A stretch of DNA of 64,000 bases from Bacillota bacterium. Lineage in GTDB: Bacteria > Bacillota > JAAYKD01. The notes under the pieces were generated by a model. The model made no database searches and was not told where the DNA came from. It saw only the letters and a list, made by a program, of their open reading frames with translations. The position numbers were made by a program, and so were the translations under genes. Positions 1-11,042 of this stretch are shown piece by piece (the first letter of the stretch is position 1; every line of letters starts with the position of its first letter). The stretch is from contig OY762825.2 in NCBI GenBank assembly GCA_963666425.2, positions 416,001-480,000 on the forward strand. The letters run 5' to 3'.

Positions 1-55
1 TACAATTCACTTTCTTTACCTCACAATCTTTCGTAAATAAAATTCTACACCTTTA

Positions 56-1213
56 TCAATCAATTTTTGCCTTTTCCAGACTGAATTGGCTTTTGTATTG
101 CTGCTTGTTTTCATACATCAATCGATCCAGCTTTTTTAAGAATTCTTCCGCATTCATGGCAGACTGCTCATCATAGATAGAAGACCCGATGCTCACACTC
201 AAAGCATAGGGCTGCATGCTGGTTTTGTTATATTGCGCAAAAGTCTGGTGGATTCTCTCTTCCATGCCTTGAAGTGCTGTCTGATCGGCGTGATCCAAGA
301 TAATGAAAAATTCATCACCACCGAAGCGGGCAACAAAATCCGATAATCGTAAAACACTGCTCAACAAACCGGCTGCTGTCTTCAGTGCATGGTCTCCTGC
401 TTCATGCCCAAATTGATCATTGATGATTTTAAAGTCATTCAAATCAAGCATCATCGCCGCAAAAAAATGATCGGTACCTCTGCCGCAAATTTTGTCTTTT
501 AAATAGAGGTCAAGCTTCTTACGATTGCTGATACCGGTTAAATAATCCGTATGAATGATTTGATTCTGGATATTTAAGTAAATAATCAGCAAAGAAACAG
601 CCAAGCTGTTTAAACTAAAGGCAACTCCATAAATGAGGATCTGTAAAACTACCGCGATACTGGGAGGGAAAGCAAAAAAAGCCAGCGCAAAAAATTGTCT
701 CTCTTCCATTTTGCTTTTGTTTTTCAAAATCAAAACATAAGCAGCCGTCATCATCACAAAAGTGCCGACAAAAATCAGCGGATGATAAATGGTTCTGTGA
801 TAAATATTAGCATCATCGATCGAATAAAACCAACCATATTTTAAGGAGAAGGTCACGATCAAACCATAAAATAGATTCGCAGCAACCAGCCACCGCGCCA
901 ACTTTTTTGTTTTGATCTCATCGCTGATGATTTGTTGATAAACGTACAAAAGCCATAAGGACGGTAAGCTCCAGTTGAAGAGAAAAACCAGATAATTTCC
1001 CAGATGATTCAAGATGGGATAAATGGTATCCGGTTTTCCGTCAAATCGCCCCATCAGATCCACCACCAGGAGTAATATCGCTGCTTTTACCATCAAGATA
1101 TAAATTCTATTCTGCAAAGATTCTTTTTCTGCATTCTTGATTGATAAAAGATAGATGATGAATAACAGTACTATAGAATAAGAGTTTAAAACAACATTTA
1201 CGATGAGATTCAT
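56..1213 (-). CDS. membrane-bound diguanylate cyclase (GGDEF)
   Basis: N-terminal multi-TM region; D-x-LTG-x-x-NR, DLNDFK-x-IND-x-FGH and an intact RFGGDEF motif. Confidence 0.93.
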   Translation of the reverse strand: MNLIVNVVLNSYSIVLLFIIYLLSIKNAEKESLQNRIYILMVKAAILLLVVDLMGRFDGKPDTIYPILNHLGNYLVFLFNWSLPSLWLLYVYQQIISDEIKTKKLARWLVAANLFYGLIVTFSLKYGWFYSIDDANIYHRTIYHPLIFVGTFVMMTAAYVLILKNKSKMEERQFFALAFFAFPPSIAVVLQILIYGVAFSLNSLAVSLLIIYLNIQNQIIHTDYLTGISNRKKLDLYLKDKICGRGTDHFFAAMMLDLNDFKIINDQFGHEAGDHALKTAAGLLSSVLRLSDFVARFGGDEFFIILDHADQTALQGMEERIHQTFAQYNKTSMQPYALSVSIGSSIYDEQSAMNAEEFLKKLDRLMYENKQQYKSQFSLEKAKID

Positions 1214-1320
1214 GGATCATTTCTCCTAATTTGTCTCGCTGCAATTTACTCTTCCCGGCCTGGAGCGTAATCGTCACGCCTCCTGAGTAGTTTCCTTTTT
1301 GACTTCTCTATCCAGATCCT

Positions 1321-1989
1321 TTATTGAGCGTAGTCTCCATTATAAGAAATCAGCGATACATTCAGCACATTCTCAATTTGGGCGAGTTTATCTGTTATCT
1401 GCAAATTCTGATCCTGCAAAAAGAGCTCAATCGTCATTTCGGTGGTATCTTTCTTGGACATTTTCGAACGAATCGTATAATTCATTTTAGCTAAAGCGGT
1501 ATTGACCTCCGCGGCAGCCTCGTTTTTATAGCTGATGACCAGCAAATAGACCATTTTGTTCGGTTTTAATTTGGTCATCAGCCAAAAAGTCAAACCGACA
1601 ATCAGATTGCCAAATAAAACAACCCAGTAAATTCTGGCGCCAACACCAATTCCGGCAGCTACAGCCCAAAAAAGAAAAATCAAATCGATTGGATCTTTGA
1701 TCGCCGTGCGGAAACGAACGATAGAGAGTGCGCCAACCATACCCAAAGATAAAACAACATTGGAGGAGATCGTGGCAACGATCATGGCTGTTATCACTGT
1801 CATCATCGCCACAGAAACATTAAAATTGTGGCTATACAAAACCCCGCGATAACATTTACGATAGATGGTATAAATAAAGGCTGAAACCGCCAACGACATC
1901 AGCATGACAACTAAAACGCCGATCAGCGAAAGCTCCGTTGCAGAGCCGGTAAGAAAAGCACTTTTGAAAATATCCTTAAATGTTGCCAT
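1321..1989 (-). CDS. DUF4956 family membrane protein
   Basis: LSLGMVGALSIVRFRTAIKDP signature; typical partner of VTC and CotH genes. Confidence 0.9.
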   Translation of the reverse strand: MATFKDIFKSAFLTGSATELSLIGVLVVMLMSLAVSAFIYTIYRKCYRGVLYSHNFNVSVAMMTVITAMIVATISSNVVLSLGMVGALSIVRFRTAIKDPIDLIFLFWAVAAGIGVGARIYWVVLFGNLIVGLTFWLMTKLKPNKMVYLLVISYKNEAAAEVNTALAKMNYTIRSKMSKKDTTEMTIELFLQDQNLQITDKLAQIENVLNVSLISYNGDYAQ

Positions 1990-2728
1990 AATTCAACTCT
2001 CCTAAACTCACATATTGGGAAGCGGGGTTCATTTTAAATTGGGCTTCGCGGCAATAAATAAACTTAGATACCGCTTCTCGCCGATGGACGGGAAGCTGCA
2101 GCGCATTTTGGATAAATTTGGGTAAATAATCGTCGTATTTTACTTCCAGAACCATCGTATCCGGTTCGAGCGTATTGATCAGAAAAATATTGGGGTCAAA
2201 GATATTGCAGGTATTGATACCTGCCTGCAGGTTTTGGTCAAAGGTAATGCGTACATTACCCTCATCCATCACAAAAACCTCTCGAACATAATCGACGATG
2301 ACAGCCGGAGCCAAAAGTTTCGTCCGCATACTCCAAAACATCTCTTCGGCCATTTCAGAATTCTTATGCAGAAGAAATTCCAAATGTTCTTTACGGATCA
2401 AGGCGAAATATTCTGCTTTACTGAGGTTGACTGTTTTCTTGGAGATGAAATCGCCATACTTCTCTTTGCGTTCCAGCTTGATGTTGCCGTCACTCTGATT
2501 ATAAATGCGGATTCGATACTTTTGTCTCATCTGAACTCCAGATAATTTCTCGTAATAAGCGGTATTGTAAATATCATCAAAGTAGAGACTTCTGATATGA
2601 TAACCATTTTCACCGCTGTTTTCATCCATCGGCATGATGGTTTTCAAACGGGCCTTCAACCCCTGATACTCTCTGGAATGAATGATGTATTTCAATTCGT
2701 GCCGCAGTAAATTGCTTCGATATTGCAT
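1976..2728 (-). CDS. VTC domain (polyphosphate polymerase-like, CYTH fold) protein
   Basis: RHELKY, IRSLYFD, KYRIRIY, RITFD, LEVKY and SKF motifs. Confidence 0.92.
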   Translation of the reverse strand: MQYRSNLLRHELKYIIHSREYQGLKARLKTIMPMDENSGENGYHIRSLYFDDIYNTAYYEKLSGVQMRQKYRIRIYNQSDGNIKLERKEKYGDFISKKTVNLSKAEYFALIRKEHLEFLLHKNSEMAEEMFWSMRTKLLAPAVIVDYVREVFVMDEGNVRITFDQNLQAGINTCNIFDPNIFLINTLEPDTMVLEVKYDDYLPKFIQNALQLPVHRREAVSKFIYCREAQFKMNPASQYVSLGELNYGNI

Positions 2729-4467
2729 TAATTCACCCTCCGTTCCACAAAAATACAGCCATAATAAGTATCGCCTTTGCGATCGGTGCTGATATTCGTA
2801 CTGAATTGTTGATTGCCATTTTCATCGTTTGCCACAATGCGGGCAAAACAACTGACTTCCGGTAACATTTCTACGGTGATTTGATTTTGGTTTGTCACGG
2901 CGGATGTTGCGATAATCACACTAAAATCGGCGGACGTAGAAAATTCTGCGAAATAGCTCACCCTCCGTTCGCTCAGCGGACTTTCCTTGACAAAGGTAAA
3001 TGTTCCACTTTGCCCTGTCTGCTCAAAGGAAATCAGATAAGGCGCAACAGGCTTCTCTAAATTCTGGATGAATTTCTCATAATTCGTTTGAAAGATCAAA
3101 GGCAGACTGGCGATATAAGGTTCGACATACTCGGCGGCCCGAGGCAGCAGCGTAATTTCCGGCATGCTATAGATATATTTCAAAATACTTTTTCTGTAGA
3201 TCAATGTTTGCTTTCCAATGAATTCGGCATTAATTTTTTCTCTGATGGCATCCATCTTCAGAATCAGTTTTTCTAAATTAGCCGGTTCGGAAAAATAGCG
3301 TCGGAACAGCACATTGTTATCCAGAAAACCGACACCAATCAAAGCGTCCGGTATTTTTTGCTCATCTTTACCGACCTGATACATAAAAGCTTCTTCGAAA
3401 GATCCCGGCAGCAGATACCAGGTTAAAGAATTCTGCGGAGAATACAACAGATAGTCTTTATTCACCGCCTCAAAATTGGAAAAGAGAATATTGACTGCGG
3501 CATAGGTTAAGAGATTCGCTTCGTTAAAATAAGCTGCAATCACATCGTTAATCGGAACACTGTAATCGTTGACTTGTGTCAGCATAGCAAGAAATTTCTC
3601 ATGCGAGGCTGCTTTGCGGATATTCAAAACACTTTCAAATTGCTCAGCATTATAATCCGCCGCATCTTTACTCAGCAACCTGCTTTCATTGCGCGAAAAA
3701 TCAAAATTTTCGGCCCGATAAAGCGTCCCGTTGGCATCGAGCTCATGTGCCTCCAAATAGCTCGTATTTGGCTGTTCGATATAGGTAAAGATGCCTAAAT
3801 CCTCATATGCAAGGGTTTGGTCACTCGTGGTATCCTGCACAAATAATCTGACAAAACCGGTGCGCAGAGAGCCAATATCCTGCAATTCTTCCAGCGCATC
3901 GAATCCTAATTTCTGCTTCATGCGGGATAAATCATCTCGGCTCTTCAGTAAATTAATCGTATTGAGATTATTCCAGCGGCCACCGCGATCATAAAGTTGA
4001 ATCTGATAAGAACGAACCTTGATTTTCTCTGTATTGCCTTTGATGGTAATCTTCGCGTTGGCATCCGTTTCACCAAAACCAAACAAAGATAAACCATAAG
4101 AAGAAGTATCCGTACCTTCTCTCAAAATCACATTGCAGAAAGGTTCTTCACCCGCTGCAAGCTCGCTGTCCGTGTAATTGTTCAGATCACTGAAACTGTA
4201 TTTCTTATCCAGATCTTTATCAATACCCTCCTGAATCGTGAGATAAAGATACCGGATGCTGCCGTCCTCATCATGCTGATAGATGCTTTTATCTTCCGAA
4301 AAAGGCAAACCATTCAGCACACTCTGATTTTCATCCCATTGATCCGAATCAGCATAGAGAGATGCATCATACAGATATCGTGTGTCGCAGCCCAAAAGTG
4401 ACAAAGCTAAGAAAGCAAGAATGAAAACGATCCCGCCCACTTTCAAACCGCAGCTGTTTTTTTTCAT
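2728..4467 (-). CDS. CotH kinase family lipoprotein (degenerate motifs)
   Basis: lipobox LLGC; paralogous to the adjacent CotH (IEQPN, GTLY, YLLYSP) but PWDYD is replaced by PGSFE. Confidence 0.8.
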   Translation of the reverse strand: MKKNSCGLKVGGIVFILAFLALSLLGCDTRYLYDASLYADSDQWDENQSVLNGLPFSEDKSIYQHDEDGSIRYLYLTIQEGIDKDLDKKYSFSDLNNYTDSELAAGEEPFCNVILREGTDTSSYGLSLFGFGETDANAKITIKGNTEKIKVRSYQIQLYDRGGRWNNLNTINLLKSRDDLSRMKQKLGFDALEELQDIGSLRTGFVRLFVQDTTSDQTLAYEDLGIFTYIEQPNTSYLEAHELDANGTLYRAENFDFSRNESRLLSKDAADYNAEQFESVLNIRKAASHEKFLAMLTQVNDYSVPINDVIAAYFNEANLLTYAAVNILFSNFEAVNKDYLLYSPQNSLTWYLLPGSFEEAFMYQVGKDEQKIPDALIGVGFLDNNVLFRRYFSEPANLEKLILKMDAIREKINAEFIGKQTLIYRKSILKYIYSMPEITLLPRAAEYVEPYIASLPLIFQTNYEKFIQNLEKPVAPYLISFEQTGQSGTFTFVKESPLSERRVSYFAEFSTSADFSVIIATSAVTNQNQITVEMLPEVSCFARIVANDENGNQQFSTNISTDRKGDTYYGCIFVERRVN

Positions 4468-4502
4468 GCGATCTCCTCTCCTTCATCCAATCTTTTGCTT
4501 TT

Positions 4503-6269
4503 CTAGTCACCGCTTTGCTGCAATAAACCGTTCTTCACTTCAAAGCGCTTGATACCGAATTCATAGTGCGACGCACCATTTTCGTCGGCGACCTTCAAGC
4601 GATCATAAGCAATTTGTTGATTGCCTTTACCGTCAACAATCACAACAGACCAATAATAGATGCCGTCCGGCAAAATAAAATCCAGTTTTTGTTGAGTCAG
4701 TGTCACTTCATTGCTGTAGAGTGTACTGCTGGCGGACTGTTGATAATCCGTAAAAATCGAGAAAATATAGTAAAGCCGATCCGCCTGCAGATCTTTGGAG
4801 GGGGACCAATTAAAAATGAACGTGCTGTTTTCTGCTTGTTTCTCACTGCCAAGGAAAATCGGCATTGGTTTTTCCAATGTGTTGTAATAAAGTTGATAAT
4901 ACTGACTGATCCGATCTTGGAACTGCTGAATGTTGCTGCTGATCTCACCGGCATCGGTATTAGCCTCTATTTCATCAACCGAACCAAGAAACCCTTTTAG
5001 TACGGCATTTGTATAATTTTCCTCCAAGCGATTCCAATCCAAACCCATCATTTGCTCGTAAAGCAGATCCATTTTTTCGCTGAGCAATTGAACATTATCC
5101 GGATCCTGAAAAAACTTGCGATGCAGAACGCTGCCCCAATAGCGTGATATACCAAAATAGTCCGTCAAACCTCTTTGTGCGAAGCGTTCCATGCTCATCA
5201 TACTGGCATCATAATCCCAAGGCAAAAAATACCATTTTTCGCTATAATTAGGAGAATAGAGTAAAAAATTTCTCGACATCGTATCATAGTTATTCAAAAG
5301 AAGATTCATAGCACACCAGGTAAGATAGTTATCCAAATCAAAATATTCCTGAAAGGTCAGGTTAAAATCCAGCGCATCATTATTGATTGCCGCCAGCATA
5401 CGCGCCAATTTCTCATTATCCGGATTCTCGCGGATTTTCAGCAACTGAGAAAACAAATCATAATTAAAAGCCGGGTCATCCACCGCGAGAATATCGTCTG
5501 ATTCACGGAATTCAAAATCGGTTGGCTTATAGAGCACTCCGTTCAGGTCAAGTCCATGCTGACTGAGAAACGTCTGATTGGGCTGTTCCACATGGGTAAA
5601 TAAGCCATAATTTTCGTATTCTGCGCCTGCTTTGCTGCCGTCTTTGAGGTAAAGCACAAAAAAAGTTGTGCGCAGAGAAACCATGTCCGAAAACTCCGCG
5701 ATGCGGTCAAAACAGAATTTCTGCGCGGCCCGGCTGGTATCTACTGTATGTTTGTTGAGATTTAGAACCTGTTGCCCTTCAAAAGTTCCCTGACCATCGA
5801 ATAGTTTAATTTTATAGGATTTCTGCTCGGCTTTGCGGGCGCTTTGTCCCCGCAAGGAAAGAATGGAATTCACCTGATCGGTATCATTTCCCAAAATGGT
5901 TTTCCCCGTGTCTGGGTCAACGACGCGCACAGAAGCATCCAATTGCGGATCCGGCGACAGCGTTGTAATGGCATTTAAATCATCCAGGTTAAAGACACCG
6001 CCGCTTTTCTCATCGGTTCCTTGATAGACAACAGCATAGACCGTCCATACTTTATAGGGATCCGTCTCACTGTAGAGAGAACGATTATCCTGCAAAGCCA
6101 GATCCTGCAAAATCGTCGGATCAATGACCGGAGGAATGAATTCTTCCTTTTGCCGCTGATAAAAAAAGGAAAAATAGACCGCGGCTGCGCCTGCCATGAT
6201 CGTCAAAAGAGCAATCGTATATTTAAATATTCTCTTTTTGGTTGACTGATTGATAATGATTCTCATCAT
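4503..6269 (-). CDS. CotH kinase family protein
   Basis: N-terminal TM anchor; LRGQS, KSYKIKL, LNLNK, NNYD and WYFLPWDYD motifs. Confidence 0.9.
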   Translation of the reverse strand: MMRIIINQSTKKRIFKYTIALLTIMAGAAAVYFSFFYQRQKEEFIPPVIDPTILQDLALQDNRSLYSETDPYKVWTVYAVVYQGTDEKSGGVFNLDDLNAITTLSPDPQLDASVRVVDPDTGKTILGNDTDQVNSILSLRGQSARKAEQKSYKIKLFDGQGTFEGQQVLNLNKHTVDTSRAAQKFCFDRIAEFSDMVSLRTTFFVLYLKDGSKAGAEYENYGLFTHVEQPNQTFLSQHGLDLNGVLYKPTDFEFRESDDILAVDDPAFNYDLFSQLLKIRENPDNEKLARMLAAINNDALDFNLTFQEYFDLDNYLTWCAMNLLLNNYDTMSRNFLLYSPNYSEKWYFLPWDYDASMMSMERFAQRGLTDYFGISRYWGSVLHRKFFQDPDNVQLLSEKMDLLYEQMMGLDWNRLEENYTNAVLKGFLGSVDEIEANTDAGEISSNIQQFQDRISQYYQLYYNTLEKPMPIFLGSEKQAENSTFIFNWSPSKDLQADRLYYIFSIFTDYQQSASSTLYSNEVTLTQQKLDFILPDGIYYWSVVIVDGKGNQQIAYDRLKVADENGASHYEFGIKRFEVKNGLLQQSGD

Positions 6270-7728
6270 TTTTTCCTGATCCCTCTTCCCATTTGCCGTT
6301 CATTCGGTCAATGATATTTTCGAAAAAATCATTTTTCTGATCATCTTCAGGATTCGCGGAGCAGAAAATAATGTAATCTACCGAATCCAGTGTTTTCTTC
6401 AGATATATCAAGGCTGCAATTAGGGAAGCAATAGAGGCGAAGAGAATACCGGTTCCGTAAAATACCGGTCCAAGCAAGACGGAAAGATTCGTAAAAATCG
6501 CGTTCATCACAAAGAACATGCTCATCACTTTCAGACAGTCGCTATAATTCTCAAAATATTGCATTAAAGTACAGGCTAAAAACATGAAGTAAGCAAAAAG
6601 AAATCCAGCTACCATATTCGGGAAAATCTCAATCACTTTTGTTGAAATACCCACTTTGGGCAGCAATACCATGCCCAAAACGACACTGACCAAAGAGACC
6701 AGAATTTGTATTTCGGCGACAAAGAGAAATTCCTGCCACATCAAACGCTGCATTAACTTTTTGGAGCGATTGATTTCTGCACCGGTTTTCGTGTTGACTG
6801 CCTGCAGATAGTCTCTGAAATAGTCATAAAAAGAAGTTTCCATGCGAACTACAAATAAAACAATAGCCGGTAAAATGCTCAGGACGCCCAATGCGGTCGC
6901 TAAATCAAAATCATCCGAAAAGATAAAAACGGAAACGGAATTCTGCGTTTGAGGATAAGCCCAAAAGATGAAATTTTGGCAGTAGATCCCCAACATATAA
7001 AACGTATTGAGAAGAAATAAGGAAGGGTATTTCTTCAGATAAAGTAGCCAATCAAAATAGCGGTTAGATGGTTTTCGGTAATATTTCTTGATGCCAAGAA
7101 ATATACCGGATGCGACGATGCTCATACCAATGGCAAAATAACCAACCAGCGTCGTCGCAATTCCAAACAGATTCTCTTGATACTTTACCGTAAAGTAAGA
7201 GGCAGCAAAGGTAAAAATCATACCTGTGATGAAGCTTTTGGAAATCTGCGCATAGTCTTTCAAAGCCGAGACATAGACCATCAGGATGTAAATAATCCCA
7301 ACTGACATGTATAAAAGGTAGGCAAAAAGGGAAAGCAGCCAATCCAGTTTCGCATAACTCAGCAAAAGGAGTGCCGGTAGGGAGGCAAACAGGCAATAGA
7401 TCGCGACTGCACCGTAGACCGAAGCCAGAATATCCTTGGCATTGTCCTGCCACAGCATATCGGCAAGATAACGTGATATGGTAATACAAAGACCGCTGGT
7501 AAAGATCAGTGGAAAAATAAAAGAATACAGAATAATCACGGAATACAGTTCCTGGTCTGCCAGCGGAACATCCGACTGCAGCAGGAATATCTTCACTGCC
7601 AACAGTGCCAGAATCACAATCAAGAGATGTCCGATGGTTGAGAAAACCGAATATAAAACCGCAGAGATCTTCGCTGTCAGCGATTCTTTTTTAAACAATC
7701 TCTTTAATTCAAAACCTATTCCTGCCAT
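6223..7728 (-). CDS. pelG: Pel exopolysaccharide transporter PelG
   Basis: MAGIGFELKRLF N-terminus, ISRYLAD, ETSFY; about 12 TM segments; follows pelF. Confidence 0.95.
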   Translation of the reverse strand: MAGIGFELKRLFKKESLTAKISAVLYSVFSTIGHLLIVILALLAVKIFLLQSDVPLADQELYSVIILYSFIFPLIFTSGLCITISRYLADMLWQDNAKDILASVYGAVAIYCLFASLPALLLLSYAKLDWLLSLFAYLLYMSVGIIYILMVYVSALKDYAQISKSFITGMIFTFAASYFTVKYQENLFGIATTLVGYFAIGMSIVASGIFLGIKKYYRKPSNRYFDWLLYLKKYPSLFLLNTFYMLGIYCQNFIFWAYPQTQNSVSVFIFSDDFDLATALGVLSILPAIVLFVVRMETSFYDYFRDYLQAVNTKTGAEINRSKKLMQRLMWQEFLFVAEIQILVSLVSVVLGMVLLPKVGISTKVIEIFPNMVAGFLFAYFMFLACTLMQYFENYSDCLKVMSMFFVMNAIFTNLSVLLGPVFYGTGILFASIASLIAALIYLKKTLDSVDYIIFCSANPEDDQKNDFFENIIDRMNGKWEEGSGKNDENHYQSVNQKENI

Positions 7729-9200
7729 AATTCATGTCCTATTCCCTGTTGATTCTCCGGGCTGACCGCCGCTGTCACTGGAGTGAATTCTTGGTATAAT
7801 TCGCGGTAGCCTTGAATAAAGCGTTGTTCCGAATAAAAGCGAATCATCCGTGTTCTCCCGATTTCTCCCATGCTTTTCTGTAGATTCGGATTTGTTACGA
7901 TTTTTACAATATGCGCCGCAATTTGCTCATAATCCATAATGGGAGCCAAGAAGCCTGCCATACCCAACCCATCACCTTGCTTACCGAGAAAAAGATCTTT
8001 ACAGCAGCCCACATTGGTAGAGACGCAGGCAATCCCGGCTGCCATTGCTTCCATCAAAGCCAGCGGCTGACCTTCACTGATCGAAGTCAAGACCATGACA
8101 TCCATTCTGCCGATATAATCTTTCACATTGACTCTGCCGGTAAACTGAAGGTCTTGAATGCCCAATTCCTTCTGCAAGGCCAGACATTCGTTATAATACT
8201 CCGGTGCTTCCTCCGTAGGGCCAATCAGATAAAAATAGGCGTTCGGAACTTTTTTCTTAACGATATCAAATGCGTAGAGCATCGTCTTAATATCCTTGAT
8301 GGGCGTGACGCGGATGACAGCGCCGATATTGAGACGGTCTTTTTCCTCTGCCGTCTTGCCTGCCAAAGCGCTGAAAGCCTGCACATTAACACCGTTCGCA
8401 ATCACTTCACATTTTTGAGCATCGGCTCCCAATTCGATCTGAATCCGCCGATTGGTTTCAAAAAGCGCAATCATCCGATCGGCAGCATAATAAGCTCCGA
8501 TCGATAAGCTTTTAAAATAATCGATCCACAAGCGTTTAAAATCCCGATTCACCCAAGTGGCAGTGATAATTTCTTCTTCCCGCTCTCTGGAATAGATACC
8601 ATGTTCGGTAACAATTGATTTACCGCCAAACAGATGCTTGCCTAAAGCACCCGCGATCCCGGCGTAGCCGGTGGATACGGCATGATAAACATCCGCTTTG
8701 GGAGGCGGATTGCTTAAGACATGAAAGAGCGCCATATACATCGAGCGCATCGTCCAAAGAAAATCAACGAATTTAGTTGTACTGTATTGTTTGAAATAGA
8801 CTTCAGAGACAATATCATAAAAATCGCTGCCAAGTAAAAAGTCGCGGATGACGCGATTGTCTCGTTGAAAGAAGTCAAAAATCATGTTCCATTTATCCAA
8901 ATTGGCTAGCATCAGCCTTCTGATTTCTTCGATTTCCCATTTAGAGGTCACTGCTTTTCTGGGGATTATTCCTGAATTTTTCTCGTTGCGCAGGTTGATA
9001 TCGTTGAGAAATACTTCTTTCACATCGATCACATTCTTGGGCAATGTATAAGCAAATTTACCTTTTTTGGAAGCATCCGGCATAATGGTATAGAGAATAA
9101 AATCATGTTCTGTGAAATTTTGAATCAGCTGCTGCACCCAGGAAGAGACACCTCCCACGATGTAAGGATAGCAGCCTTCACAAAGCAAACAAATTTTCAA
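7716..9200 (-). CDS. pelF: GT4 glycosyltransferase PelF
   Basis: EGCYPYIVGGVSSW, HAVSTGYAG, TEHGIYSRER and SISEGQPL motifs. Confidence 0.96.
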   Translation of the reverse strand: MKICLLCEGCYPYIVGGVSSWVQQLIQNFTEHDFILYTIMPDASKKGKFAYTLPKNVIDVKEVFLNDINLRNEKNSGIIPRKAVTSKWEIEEIRRLMLANLDKWNMIFDFFQRDNRVIRDFLLGSDFYDIVSEVYFKQYSTTKFVDFLWTMRSMYMALFHVLSNPPPKADVYHAVSTGYAGIAGALGKHLFGGKSIVTEHGIYSREREEEIITATWVNRDFKRLWIDYFKSLSIGAYYAADRMIALFETNRRIQIELGADAQKCEVIANGVNVQAFSALAGKTAEEKDRLNIGAVIRVTPIKDIKTMLYAFDIVKKKVPNAYFYLIGPTEEAPEYYNECLALQKELGIQDLQFTGRVNVKDYIGRMDVMVLTSISEGQPLALMEAMAAGIACVSTNVGCCKDLFLGKQGDGLGMAGFLAPIMDYEQIAAHIVKIVTNPNLQKSMGEIGRTRMIRFYSEQRFIQGYRELYQEFTPVTAAVSPENQQGIGHELWQE

Positions 9201-9218
9201 GCCGACAACCCCCTGCCT

Positions 9219-11042
9219 CTATTTTAGAATGATGATATCCGGTTTGTCCAGAACAAGAACATAAAAGTCATCGCCAAATGCTGCAGCAGTATACCCATCG
9301 CCGGAGGTAATCCGGCTCTTCGTCCGTAAAGCAAATGTCATTCCTTCAAAACCATGGGAAACATGCAAGGAGATGCTTTCCTCTGTTTCGCTATAAGAAA
9401 ACTGCATTGCCTGGACGGCTTGAATCTGCTGCGCAGCACTGCTGATCGTCGTTTGTCGGATGGCTGGAAAGGATGCAATCAAAGTATAGACATCCGTCAA
9501 TGCTTGACTCAATTCAGCAAAGGACAGATCGCTATCCTGCAGGATTTGATTGATATTGAGTGACAAAGAAGCGAAGCCGAGTGCTTTCAGTGAATTCAGC
9601 GTCTGCCAGGTCAAACCATTCAGACCGGAAAGCAGCATATAATGAAAATTCTGATTGCTGTCGGGTTGAAAATCGTAGACTGCTTGATCCTGCGTATTGC
9701 GGTCATAGGGAGCGGCAATCACCTTCAGATCCGGATCAATGCTGGGAAGCAAAGCTAAAACAGGATCTGAAATTCTCCCCTGCGGCGGCACATAGGTTGT
9801 GATCCGGTAATTGGGAAACAATGCTTTGGCCGGAGTAAGCGCCAGCTGAAAAGCGGTTTTTATGCTCTCGATGGACTGCCAGGGAATGAACCAACCGTTT
9901 TCAGTCAACTCACCGGGTAAGCCCAAAGGGCGCATATTGTAACCATGTAAGGCCAATTCGCCGCCCGACTGGAGAATTTCTGCAGCGTAAATTTTTAAAT
10001 CATTGCTGGAGAATGCGCTTATTTCAAAATTTTCCTCTGTATTGTCATCGTAGGAAATACAATAGGAAATTGTGGTTTTCAGATCAAAATTCCGCGTTAA
10101 TCTGGTTAGCATAGGCCAGAAGTGTGTTTCAATAAACTTATCATAGGTCATTTTTTCTTGATTTAAAATCTCGGAAGAGCTGATCGTAAAACCGGATGGA
10201 AATTCTTCCAGGAGTAGTGTGCCGGTGGCATAAAGCGGATAAAGCATAGAAAGATCAGCGCTTTGTTTGAGCGTCTCATAAAGAATTTCAGCAATGACAC
10301 CTCTGCTCGCATAAGAGCTGAGATAGTCGCAATTGCTGATATATAAGCTGCCGTTGCCCAACTTTCTTTTCCAGAGCAGAGGATTTTTGCTTTCATCGCA
10401 AAACAGAACTTCACAATCCTTTCTCAGGCGCAGGAAGTACTGCAAGGGAATCGGTTCCAGCAATTCATAGGTTGCGGCTGCGTCGCTGAGCATTGCGCCA
10501 AGATCGGTAATCGAACTGCACTCCAGTTTACTGGATTTTTCAATTACGCCTAGACTGCCGGAGACCGATAAAAAGGAATCGCTGTCTTGCGCTACGATGG
10601 GGAAATAGGCAGTTTTTCCCTGTTCCACGCTGTCAAAAACAGACTGCAAAATAGGCGCATTCTCATAATTTCCCACCAGGACAATCAGCATGGCATAATC
10701 GTCCAAAACGGCGCTCTGACTGGCAGAGATGCAGTCATAAGCCAGAGCGTATTTGTCCAGCAGATTTTTAAAATTAAGGTAAATATATTCCCGATCATCG
10801 GCAGATTGGTCAAAAATCAAGGCAATTTTACCAATTTGATGGCTATTACCGCCGACTGCCTGACTGGAAATTGCTTTTACCGCAGCTGCTTCCGGCTGCG
10901 TAAAGAGCGCATTATTCTGCAGAATACCCATTTTGGAAACCTGCAGAGCAACAATGACCAACAGGAAAAGGCAGAGCAACAGGATCGTTTTTTGAGCATT
11001 TATTGTGGTATCATTACCAGATTGGGCTTCAAATTTATCCAT
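9219..11042 (-). CDS. DUF2194 / PelA-like deacetylase-fold protein
   Basis: GELALHGYN and YVPP motifs; lies between pelE and pelF; start moved to MDKFEAQ (ATG 11042). Confidence 0.75.
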   Translation of the reverse strand: MDKFEAQSGNDTTINAQKTILLLCLFLLVIVALQVSKMGILQNNALFTQPEAAAVKAISSQAVGGNSHQIGKIALIFDQSADDREYIYLNFKNLLDKYALAYDCISASQSAVLDDYAMLIVLVGNYENAPILQSVFDSVEQGKTAYFPIVAQDSDSFLSVSGSLGVIEKSSKLECSSITDLGAMLSDAAATYELLEPIPLQYFLRLRKDCEVLFCDESKNPLLWKRKLGNGSLYISNCDYLSSYASRGVIAEILYETLKQSADLSMLYPLYATGTLLLEEFPSGFTISSSEILNQEKMTYDKFIETHFWPMLTRLTRNFDLKTTISYCISYDDNTEENFEISAFSSNDLKIYAAEILQSGGELALHGYNMRPLGLPGELTENGWFIPWQSIESIKTAFQLALTPAKALFPNYRITTYVPPQGRISDPVLALLPSIDPDLKVIAAPYDRNTQDQAVYDFQPDSNQNFHYMLLSGLNGLTWQTLNSLKALGFASLSLNINQILQDSDLSFAELSQALTDVYTLIASFPAIRQTTISSAAQQIQAVQAMQFSYSETEESISLHVSHGFEGMTFALRTKSRITSGDGYTAAAFGDDFYVLVLDKPDIIILK

